Of a DNA stretch of 64,000 nt, positions 18,416-29,314 are shown one piece after another. How positions within the stretch are numbered: the stretch's first letter is position 1; every line of letters begins with the position of its first letter. Position numbers and translations under genes: made by a program. Source of the stretch: Trichosphaerium sp. ATCC 40318 (taxonomy: Eukaryota > Protista > Tubulinea); the NCBI GenBank assembly GCA_038496445.1, contig JALMLS010000612.1:558001-622000 (forward strand), given 5' to 3'. Below the pieces are notes generated by a model. That model worked only from the letters and a program-made list of their open reading frames with translations, was not told the DNA's origin and made no database searches.

Positions 18416-19207
18416 ATGTCAATCAACGTACAAAAACGTAGCCGTAAACGCAGTCGCCCTCAGGGAAAAGTAGTAGGAGAGATTGATCTAACTATCGACG
18501 ACCGAGAGGTTGAGATAACACGAATGGCAAAATACATTTACGAGTTAGTTACGTATACGTATCGCCTAGAGGATATCCTTAAACAAGTCAATCACCGATA
18601 TACGAAAGCTGTGGGCATTCAAATCAAGCAAGAAAGGCTCATGATAGAGTCAACAAAAAGCGCTGCGAAAAGTAAACAACTCCAAACCAAGCTCACAAAG
18701 GAGTTAAAAGGAGCCAATGATACTCATATCAACGCATTATCAATACATAAAGCCGCAAGCGAAAGGTTACGCAATCTTGGAGCAAAGTTTAACGAACTAA
18801 AGAATCAAGAAGAAAAGGATATCCAGGACCTCAAGCAAAAGCTACAAGATTCAGAGACAGAGCTTGAAAAGTGCGCTAAGGAGATCAACGCAATCATCGA
18901 CAACCACAAAGAATACCAAGACAGACGAGTCCAGATGATAGGCGAAATGGAGGCTAAACTTGGTCGAGAGTTTACAAAGTACAATAAAGAAAGTACCGAA
19001 GCAATTGCGAAAAAAGAAGAGTTGAAACAGCAAACAAACACGTTGCATACACGAATTGGTCAGCTTTATATGCAGAATAAAGACTATTCTGATTCTGTTA
19101 CAGCTTACATACACCGACTTGCGGATATTGTAAAAGTTCGTAAAGATCAATCTAGAGAACAAATTTGTAATGATATTTTCAATGTAGTGTTGAGTAATCA
19201 ATCGTAA
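18416..19207 (+). CDS. Intronless coiled-coil protein with basic N-terminal NLS-like motif; unknown function
   Basis: 263-aa uninterrupted ORF; KRSRKRSRP; long K/E/Q/L heptad-rich helices; AATAAA just downstream. Confidence 0.8.
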   Translation: MSINVQKRSRKRSRPQGKVVGEIDLTIDDREVEITRMAKYIYELVTYTYRLEDILKQVNHRYTKAVGIQIKQERLMIESTKSAAKSKQLQTKLTKELKGANDTHINALSIHKAASERLRNLGAKFNELKNQEEKDIQDLKQKLQDSETELEKCAKEINAIIDNHKEYQDRRVQMIGEMEAKLGREFTKYNKESTEAIAKKEELKQQTNTLHTRIGQLYMQNKDYSDSVTAYIHRLADIVKVRKDQSREQICNDIFNVVLSNQS

Positions 19208-20207
19208 CCAAAAATGTCTTGTAATAAAAGTTAACGTTTTCTATCTAATGACTTGGTTTTTGTGTGTTTTGTTTTGTAGCTATTTTCTCAGTTGAAGTGA
19301 TTGAAAAATTAAAAAGCAAGCGGGAAGTAAAACAAGAAAGAGTAATCGGCACTGTGTATACCTTGAACAAACACGAAAGTCTTACACAACGTTTTCTTGG
19401 CTTAGTCTTTTTGTTTTTGCATAAAAGTAAAACGCGAAACTTCAATCAACATGGCAACAACTTGTACAGATGAGAAAAATAATGCTGCTCCTGGTACGCA
19501 CACTCCTAGCGGTTTGCCTACACTTTAAAACAGTGAAGTTGCATTAGCACTTAATGCCTCCTAAAAGTAAACCAATGATTGTACTACAAAAGTATTTTAG
19601 TATTTGCTATTTTTACCTCACAAAACATAAACTACACTACACAGAAACATCTACGCCCACTTTTTGGGATAGCATACCTCACATCATATATACCATTTGA
19701 GTGCCAGGAAGGTATAAATACACCGCGTGGAGCAGCATAAAACCGGCTGTAGCAATTATTTAAGCTGTTTTTTTTTCGTGAATGCTTTAACATATAACTT
19801 TGATTTTTCAGTACGTCCCGTGGAGTGTGAATTGTTCAGGCGTAAATTAGTGTACATAATTATGTAAGGTTTTATATCTCGTCGAGGTTGTGAGCTTGAA
19901 GTGTTTGAGCATACTAACGATGTAACAAATCAATCACCTGATTTCCTCAGCTGAAGGTAATTGGTTATTAAGTACTTAGTGTACATAACCACATGACCAA
20001 CTATTGTAGTAGATAAAGAAGTAAAATCGGCTGGAGGTTTATTGTTTAAGTTGCACAGCGTCACTTAACATTTTTTTCAATCAAACTCGAAATCATATTT
20101 TTAAACTTCAACAGCTGTCAACACACCTCCTCAACGCACTTCAAACGGTTGAACCCAAACTTCAAATCACACCTTACGACCTAACTCCAACAACGAAACG
20201 AACAACA

Positions 20208-21047
20208 ATGAGCGACTCACGTCCTACTAAAAAACGCAAAACGACAGCAACACAGAGAATTGTAACATTAGAACAACTGCTAGAACTTGCAGAAGGATTA
20301 GCTAATATCAATCAAAACACGGATAGAAACGAACAATCTAAACGTCTTTTAGAAGCTGAGATCACCGCAATCAAAAACTCGGCTTTACCAACGGAGGCAA
20401 TTCGATCACTTCTTTCAAGATTAGCGAATGACGTCAACAACAACAATTATCAGATCAAAACTGCTATTGCAAAAGAAATGGTCAAGCTTTGTAAAACGAG
20501 ATATAAGACCAAACAACAATACCATGAAACCCATGAAAACGTCAAAGCTATGATGACAGCGCTTCTAGAAAAGCAAAGACTAGAAGAAGCTATCAAAGCA
20601 TCAGCGGAACAAGAGGTCCATCAAGAATACCAAGCAATGGCAAAGAAGATTGACCCAGTAAAGAGTTATCTTGAAGTAAGTATCAATCTTAAAAACGAGC
20701 AAGTGAAAAAAGCAAAAGAAACAATTAAATTGTATCGTTCTGCAGAAAAGATGAAACTTGGCTATGAAGAGTACTTGACAGAATTCCATGAGAGATACAG
20801 TCGAGAGCTAAAGAATCATGATGTAGCATTAGGAAAGGCCAACGCCGAATTGAAACAAGCACAACTTGAGAACGCTGCAGTGGTAAACTTGAACACCCAG
20901 ATGAAGAACGCTCAGGAAGCTGAGGCCAGAGGCTTTCAAGACTTCTTACAAACTTTGGCGAGTGAGCTTAATGTTGACCCTCAGCAAAAATTAGCATCAT
21001 TGTTAGCTTCCGTGGAGACAACATTAGGCAATCTAAACCTTAAATAA
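20208..21047 (+). CDS. Intronless coiled-coil protein with basic N-terminal NLS-like motif; unknown function
   Basis: 279-aa uninterrupted ORF; RPTKKRKT; helical heptad composition; AATAAA just downstream. Confidence 0.8.
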   Translation: MSDSRPTKKRKTTATQRIVTLEQLLELAEGLANINQNTDRNEQSKRLLEAEITAIKNSALPTEAIRSLLSRLANDVNNNNYQIKTAIAKEMVKLCKTRYKTKQQYHETHENVKAMMTALLEKQRLEEAIKASAEQEVHQEYQAMAKKIDPVKSYLEVSINLKNEQVKKAKETIKLYRSAEKMKLGYEEYLTEFHERYSRELKNHDVALGKANAELKQAQLENAAVVNLNTQMKNAQEAEARGFQDFLQTLASELNVDPQQKLASLLASVETTLGNLNLK

Positions 21048-21245
21048 GTTTAAATAAAGTTCATGCTTCGTTATCTATCTTCCTATTTTTTTCTTTCTTT
21101 TACTGGAACGCCTTGTTGTTTTAGTTATCCATACCTAGTTTTTCTACAAGTCCATGAGCGTTCTTTTTAACTGATTAGTGGTATGAGGTTGGCGTTATCT
21201 TTCAAACGAGGCGAGCTCTATTGGAAGTTTTGATCTTCTTTGAAT

Positions 21246-22259
21246 TTATTTTACAACTATCTGTTTTTTTGGAACCAAAGGCGGAGGTTTCCTACCATAA
21301 CAATGCTTCCATGAGCTTCTATATGTATTCTGATGTATTACACTAATAGAAGATGTACGACATACAATAGAGCAATAATCAAATTTTGTCAAGGCATCAC
21401 TCCACATAGGTCCTTTTCTATTTTTACTAGAATAAAAAAATATAAGTCTTCCAAGCAACACAACTAATCTCGCTTTGTAGTTGTCATATTATATTTTAAT
21501 TAAAGAAACAGTATCACGATATTAGTACCGCCGTAATTAGGTGATGCTCAATAACAACAGTACTCGTACAACTTCAAAAAAAAAAGATCAAAAAAAATTT
21601 CGTACTTTAATTTTATGAAATGCCTTCTAAGTTCAGGCATCTTAACTTGTGGTCCAAGACAACATGATACACATAACTCGTATACTTTGCAACACATATA
21701 TCGAGTATTACACGACTTACACCTGACAAAGAGAGAAAGATTAACAAAAGGCTGAGACATTGAAGTGGAGAATAGAGAATTTTTGTTTTCGAGAAATTGT
21801 GACGTTGCATAGTTTGTTGAAGACGTACAAATATCTTGAGTCTTTTGCTGTGTGCTTACAACATCCTGTAGGGAACAACATGGTATTCCAAGAGCATGTA
21901 TAGCCTTTTTTATTATTAGATATCGCTTGGTGTGTTTTATACGTGCCTCTATCGTCTGTAGACATGTATTTCCCTTGAGACGTGTGTTTGCAACGTTTTA
22001 CCGTTTTAGTAGGTTTTAGGGTTGGCACTTCGTTGGCAGTCTCGGAGATAGGTATAGGATCTTGTATATCTGTTCTGAAGGGTTTTTAATTAGATAATTC
22101 AATAAATTGACAATCTTTGTACGTTGTAGCGTCTACTTGAGTGGATAGCGCGTTTCTGGTGACAATCAAGCCGACTAATGCCAAAAAAAATATAAACGCG
22201 AATGCATATCGCAATACGTATCTAGGCCACCTGGGTTTTCGCCATAGTCGACCGCGCAT
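21246..22259 (-). CDS. SPRING1: SREBP-regulating gene protein (SPRING1/C12orf49-like type II membrane protein)
   Basis: N-terminal TM, then CKHTSQGKYMSTDDRGYTC..GCC, CCKVYELCVSCCL, FDYCSIVCRTSSISVIHQNTYR..KHCYG, matching the C12orf49 cysteine pattern. Confidence 0.85.
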
Positions 22260-22449
22260 CACACGGTTCAACCATGGAAGAATAAAGCCTTAAAACCATT
22301 TAAGTGACACTTCGCTTTAGAATTGATTCATTGAGACGTAGATGCTTTTTATTCTTTCATAACAAGTAATCTGAAAGACTACTGTCGTATGCCCAAACTT
22401 GAAGGCTGTTCTTTGGTACTTCTTGCTGTTCTACGGTGTAAAGGCATTT

Positions 22450-25371
22450 TTATAAATGCTTCAACCTTAGTGAGCACCATTGCGCAACAGAGCTGTTGCT
22501 TATAGTCGATAGCCTTCCTTGTCTCGGTGATCTAGTCAATGTGCCCTTGGCGCGAAATCTCGGCATATGAGTCATTCCAGCAGAAGATAAGTCGAATGCA
22601 ATGTCAAAAACAGGTATTCCATTTTTAATTTGACTTGCAATTACTTGGTGTGCCTGGCATCAATACTACTGGATAAGTCCCCCATAGAACTAGTAAAAAG
22701 TAAGTTTTAGGTATAATATGGCTATTACTTACCGAGAACGGCGGTTCTTGACGTTAAGAGCCATTCGACATTGTTTTCCAGACATGACATGTGTCATTCT
22801 CATTGATGGCAAATGAGCGAGGTAACGCTCACCATCTATATTTAATAGTACAGTAGTCTGATATACAGACGATCTCACACGACTAAGTACATCACAAAGC
22901 TCGTCAGAGAAGTTATGCCAAGTACGTTGGTCTCTAAAAGCAAAAAGTTCAGGATTGTAATTACAGCTTACAAAGACTGTGTTTACCTCCATTGCCATCC
23001 ACTTCTGTCTGATATTCTACCGACCTCGCTAGAAGACATAGCCAGAGGATTACCGCTTTTTTGTATTTCTCGGGGAGAAATTCGATTTTCATCCCATTTG
23101 TCCATAAGCTTGTTTAATGTAGTTACCCACTTTTCGCACTCCTTTTGGTTTGGTGCACGTAATCGAAGCACTAAGCTCTCTGTTGATATCGAAAAATCCG
23201 TCTCTTTTCCAACACCTGAAGGTGGTTTTGAAACATGAAAGTCTGTGCCACTAACTCACGTGATTAGTGTTAAAAAAAACCAAAAAAAAATTGTTTTTAC
23301 GTTAATAGGAGACTATGATCGAACAAGAATGGATAAACTTCATAAAAACCATACCTGAACATGTATGAAGCTTCTACAAAAAACTTGCTGGCTTTCTTTG
23401 TTGTCCTGAATAACTGAACGTTTAGTCTATCGTTAAACAGAAACCAATAACATATTTTTTTCTTCTTGAGGTCTGTGAGTACACCTTGATGTTCAAGCAA
23501 CCTTGCACTATCAACTAACGCCTACAGAAAAAAAACCAGTGAGTGTTTTTTAACAATCAGATGTAAGTAATACCAGTTGTATAGGCATCATTTGATGAGC
23601 TATTAGAAGAACTTGTAACCTTTTATCAGCGTCGTCTTTTGACTTATTGATTGCAGCAGCAATCTTTTTAATCTCTTCAATTGCCTTTGTAAGAGAAAGG
23701 TAATCACTGTGAGTTTTTGGTGTACAATTTAACAGATCCTAATTTGGAAATAAGGTCCGAGAACAAAAAGTTAATAATCGCACTTGAACCAATAGTTTGT
23801 AGCGAGGTATTCGAGTAACAGGCTCAATAAGTAAGTCTTCAAGCATTAAATTACCAAAATTTTTCGCTTTGTCCTCTAATTGTAACGTGAGATGATCGTC
23901 TTTTAGTTGTTTTTCGAAAAAAAAAGCCTCCTCAAAATACCTAGGAATGAACGCATTTGTGGATTTTTTCGTAGAACCATAAGCGTATGTATCGCTTTAC
24001 TGTAATTATTTACATATCTCTTCCAAGTTTGTAGGCACGCATGCCAAGTTTTACTACAAGTACACATTAGCCATAATCTATTAAAACTATTCGCACCCAA
24101 AAACGTGTCCAACTGTTGCAAGAGGTGGAATAGATTTTATACTACCAATGCATTGCTTTAGGGGTCTTGTAAAGGTTATTAGATAACTAACGTTAAAGTA
24201 ATACAAAGAGGTCGATGTGTCATACTTGTAGAAATGTTCATCATTTGTATGTACAATTATAGGTAACATATCTCTACCGAATATAACATCAATGTCATCA
24301 AGCGTCACAAATCCTTCATTTATACGCTCTTTTAACGGCTCCAAATACTGCTCAATAACCTAGATAAACTTAGTTTGAGTTAAACATAAGCAACTGAGAC
24401 GTACAACACGTAATCGAGTCAAAAATGATGCTTCTGTAACTGCAAGCTCTCGTAGCACATTTCGCCGGCGTTTAAGCTTCTTGCAGACTTCTAGCCCGTT
24501 ATGTCTACGCACTAGAGATTGAACTGATACTATTGTTTTAAGCCACACATCATAACCAACATTACTGCCACTCTCTTTAAGAACCTTTTCTAAATGCTCT
24601 GCAACTTTTTTTGATTGCATTTCTTGTAGCACTTGATTGCAATGACATCTTCTGAATAATGCCTGTATAAATGCAATAGATACCCTGCTCTGCTTTATCT
24701 GTTCTTGAGCGTTTTGACGTCTTATGAAAGATTGCAGTAATACTACCCTTGCCAAGTATTTTGTAGTCAGTCTGAGGTAGTAGATCCATTTTGCGGGTTT
24801 GTAGAGTGCTACGACGTAACGGCGAGAAGATGTATACAAATGTAACGTCGAAAATGCGCTGTTGTGGTAGGATAGATTTGTGAACTGCTGGACCTGTTTT
24901 ATAGCCTTCAGCGAGACACTTCGGTCATGTCTTTGTTTAGCCTGTCCATGATAAAATATTAGCTCTGTAGGCGTGAGCACTAGCCATCTGACGCGTATTA
25001 GTACATTTTGCAAGCTTATAGTGCCTACCTTGGCGTAAAAATCTTTAAAAAACCTGACTGAAGCTCTACGTGGTCTTGGAGAAGTACAGCGCCATCTGGA
25101 ACCACAGGGAGCTTAAACAAAATTAGTCTTGCCTACAACTACTAATACATACCGGTTTAGCACGCCAACTTGCTATAGCGTTTAATATTTTATGGTTACT
25201 CATTAATGCAGCTTTTTCTACGTTTGATGCAGTTTTTCCAAATCTGGCTTACGAGTACTTGTACTACTGCACAATTTTATGGCTCCTCCAGCGAACTAAC
25301 GCGATCGTCGATGGGTTTGAACTCCGATCAAAGTTACTTCTGTGAATGGAAAGTGCGCTTAAAGTAGGCAT
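22450..25371 (-). CDS. RhoGEF with PH, IQ motifs, DH, PH and a C-terminal WWE-like domain (both ends approximate)
   Basis: PH RWLVLTPTELIFY; IQ-like LQSFIRR, IQALFRR, VQSLVRR; DH RRNVLRELAVTEASFL..YLEPL..LEDLLIEPVTRIPRYKLL..DLLNCTP; second PH YWFLFND..LRAPNQKECEKW; WWE-like WQWRDQRTWHNF... Confidence 0.85.
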
Positions 25372-26183
25372 CCAAGCCAAATGTCATTGCTGACGTTTGT
25401 ATTTGCAGCAAAACAATCTTTTGTATGTATGGTTTCCTCTTAAATTACTTTGTGTTGTGGTGCAAGTAGCTGACCTAAATTTCAGAGAACAAGTCGAAGT
25501 TTGAGCTTAAATAAAGAAGGGTTAGCCACAACCTATGTATATTCGGCTGGACAACCATTTTTGTAAGAAATGATCAAAGTGGCAAAATAAAGCGATAATT
25601 TGTCACGTGAAATTACGCCAACATTTTGTTTGAGCGGATGTCTAAGTGTCGTGCCAATACACTATGCTGTACCTACGCCCAGGATTTGGTTAGGTTCTAC
25701 TTACATCAAGAGTGAAAAAAAAACTCCTTCTGTGCAGGTCATTCTACAATTATACGTACTGGCAATACTGATCTACACATGGATCCGCGCACACGTCAGT
25801 GCAGTAATTGTAGTGCCAGCGTACTCAAAACACAAAAAAACATTGTTTCGTATTTAATTTCCGATTCAAACAAGATCTCTAACAGAGATTGCGCTTTCAA
25901 ACTACTTTCAAATAGCGTTGAGAATTTGGGAACAAAGGATTCCGACACCGAAACTTAAAAAACGTCAGTCATAGCCAAGTCCTGTGTTGAAATTTACCAC
26001 AAAGCGCCATTATTTTCAATAAACCTCGTCGCGCCAAGCCTTCTACCGGTTTCGCACTATAAGTACGTATTTCTATGCAGTCGTATAGTCCTGAAAATAC
26101 CTATGCTATCATTTTAAATATTCCCGCTGATAGAAATTCAGGTTACATTCCCCAAAACAGATTGTTAAAGCCAACAAGTAACA

Positions 26184-27933
26184 ATGAATTCGAAACAAAT
26201 GACAAAATGTGCTATCTGCGGCAAACTTGATACCAACACGGTAAAATTTGATAGTGCCAAATGTGGTAATCTGTTGCATCTCTTGAAACGGGAGGTACAC
26301 GCAAGCGACGGTGATGAATGCGCTTGTAAATCTTGCTGCGATGCAGTTGAAAAATCAGCGTCAGATAACAGACCCTGTGTTCTTCCATCAGAAATAGAAG
26401 GTATAACCCTTCAAACCTTACGAAAATATTACGTTTTAAGCCAAAAGACGTGGCGAAGACGCAAAACTACTTGAAAGTTTTTTCTTCCCGAAGGTCACAG
26501 TTTTTGATTTTTTGCTGGCCAAATAACTTTCGAGCTTTCTCCCTTTAAAACCGCTCTACAAGTTTTTATTAACACGTACAACCTAGGAATGGGTTTATAT
26601 GCGCTAAAGAACTATGTGACTAACGAGTTCATTACATACTATGGTGGTGAGAGACTTACCTTTGCAGAGCAAAGTAGGCTTCCAAGCACACGTCATTTAT
26701 TGCGTATTACGAATGATAAATTCATTGATGGAGGATTCAACTACGAAGGAGAAGGTCACGGAGCATTTGCTAATACCGCAACTGGCACTGGAAAGTACAA
26801 CAATGCTAGATTCTTTCTAGACTCAAAAAATTGGAAATGTCGTTTACGTGCCACTAGAGCAATATACGCAGGTATTAAATAGCTACCCAAAAGGGACCAC
26901 TATCGAGGTGTTTTAACAGGGTGACTTATTAATTGAATTTAGGGCAAGAAATTCTCGTGTCGGGTTACGGACCACGACAACTTGGTTCAGAGCGTGCCTC
27001 GTGTAAAACAAAGAATAATAAAACAGAAGAATGGCAAGAAATCTTAGAAGAACGTGCTGCTCTTAAAGCAGGACCTGCATTAAACATAAGGCGTAGTTCT
27101 CGGGTAAAGAAAAGCGAGCAAACTCAAAATAAGAGAAAACGCGATGATGGACCACAAGCGCCTGAACCTGTACGTTAACTTTATCAAGTGTTTGACAGCT
27201 CTTGACTTTGTTGTAGATCGACTTTGAGACATTGCAAGGAAGTAAACGATTTGAAGAAAGTGATTCAAAGTTCTCTGTTGGTGATACAGTTATGTTAAAC
27301 GACAGTGATAATGAAGTACGTTAACAATTATTGGTGATCGAGTTTTTTTTCTAATGGTTTTGTTCTTTTTAAAGCTTGCTATTGTTCGTGATATTGATAA
27401 TGGTGACCAATATGTTGTACAACTTGAGGAAGGAGATATTTTATCTTGCGTTAAAGAATCTCGGTTACAATTGGTTACAAAGAAAAAATGGAAATTGCGA
27501 GTACGTACAATAGTAGCATTAACAGTAGTGGTCTTTGTTCAACCCAAAAAAAAAAACAACACAGAGTTGACTAGATTAATTTTTACAACAAGATTTTTTT
27601 GTTTGGCTTGATGAGTCTCCATTCTCAGCTTCTCATGTCTTTATGTTTTTCTCGTAGTGCTTTTAATAACCCTTCTTTGTTTAGGTACCTAAAAGTGAGT
27701 TACCTAAGGTTGGTGATACATATTCTATTTATTGGGATTTAAAGAGAGAAAGCTTTGAAGCAGTTGTTAAAAAGTATAATGGAGATGGAACATACTTTGT
27801 TAGATATACAGATAAGCTTCTTGGAGATATTTCAAATGAACCATTTGTACCTTTTAATTGGGAAAAGATAAAGTCTTCACCAAAGAAGGCACGTTTTTTC
27901 AAAGGATCACAAGCAAAGAAGAGCGGAAAGTAG
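26184..27933 (+). CDS. SET-domain protein with N-terminal Cys cluster and C-terminal tandem Tudor-like domains
   Basis: CAICG..CKSC; SET GMGLYA..FITYYGGE..FIDG..GAFANT..NARF..LRATRAIYAGQEILVSGYG; Tudor-like FSVGDTV..AIVRDID..YVVQLE and KVGDTYSIYW..FEAVV..GTYFVRY. Confidence 0.8.
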
Positions 27934-28588
27934 AACAAAAGTAATTTTCAATTGTTCGAGGTCTCAAAAAAGCGTTGGGTTGCAGGTCTTACAGTGTTCA
28001 ATTTTTACCTTAATAACCCCGATGCTGCTCGTATTTGTTGAAGCAACTCCTTCATCTAAATAGCCAATGAATGTCATGGCATACTCAGTAATAAAAGAAT
28101 GTAAATAGATTAAATGAACAGTCTCATCAAATTCTGACTTGAATAACAAATGAACCACGTTAGAGAGTATATTGTACTAGTATAATATGTTGGTACCTAA
28201 CGTTTCACAATGGTAACATCAGTGCTTACAAAATAGTGGTACACTATCCCAAGATAGTGGGTTACCACAATTTTTTTTTTCTCCTCGTGGTTGTGTTTAA
28301 ATTACAAACGTTGGTCATATACAACAGGCCCTGTAGTATGCACTAGTATTTTTCCAGTTCAAATCTGGCGTGGCGATGGTGCTGCGATGGTGTTGGTCAC
28401 TTGCTCCTGAGATGGCAGGGTCTTTTTGTATAAGGAATATAGCTGCGCCAGTGCAAAAGCTACTACCTCGATGACTCTGCAGTGCAGTACCACCATAGGC
28501 GTATATAGTAGCCACAGGGTAAACCAGCAAAGTCATGTGCCTACAAACGACGTAAATCATTCAACATTGAACTTAGTTGACTATCAGC

Positions 28589-29017
28589 ATGTACAGAATG
28601 CTGGCGTTGCCTTTGGAGCTTCAGCATCATATATTTAATCTAGAAAATCATGTCAATACTGTATGGCCACTTTTATGTTGGCAAACGGCTACTACAAGCA
28701 GATTCAACTCAAAATTACTAAAACATGGCATTTATACAACGTGGTACACTCATACGCGTAAAAAGACTGCTGTAACATTCGTGAACGACTTGCGTGATGG
28801 CGTTTCAAAGTCATGGCATCCGAACGGACGTTTGGCTTCGGTTTGTTACTTTAAAAACGACGAGATTGAGGGAAAACATACAGTGTACTATGCAAGTGGC
28901 AGTGTTCATCGATGTATTCACTATAAAAACGGTAGGCGTCACGGTGACTTTCGGATATGGAACCAAAGAGGTAACGAAGTAATATGCCGGCACTACACTA
29001 TGGGTTCGTACCGTTGA
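28589..29017 (+). CDS. F-box-like + MORN-variant repeat protein (intronless)
   Basis: LALPLELQHHIF, then repeats KHGIYTTWY.., RDGVSKSWHPNGRL, IEGKHTVYYASGSV, RHGDFRIWNQRG. Confidence 0.85.
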   Translation: MYRMLALPLELQHHIFNLENHVNTVWPLLCWQTATTSRFNSKLLKHGIYTTWYTHTRKKTAVTFVNDLRDGVSKSWHPNGRLASVCYFKNDEIEGKHTVYYASGSVHRCIHYKNGRRHGDFRIWNQRGNEVICRHYTMGSYR

Positions 29018-29314
29018 AATAAGTGATGCACATCTGAAACAAAAAACCACTTGCAACCCCTTTTCTAAGCCTATGATGAACTTGGTAGTATTTTTTGTCT
29101 GGGTATTGGCTTCTTAGTACCAATTACGTGTTGTTCTTTAGGATAAGACGCTTGGTATCTGACGGACTTATGTAGGAAACTATTACCTATTACTTCTAGA
29201 GACAAATAAAATGGAAACAGCTTTTATGCTTGATACTTTATTGTGGTTTCGTTTTAGTGAGCACGTGCAACTTAGAATTTGAGTGCCGATAATATTCCTT
29301 CCTAACGATTATAA

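Noticed and set aside
17700-29100. Integrated giant-virus segment
   Set aside because: No capsid, polymerase, packaging ATPase or integrase genes; the intronless genes are interleaved with intron-rich host genes.
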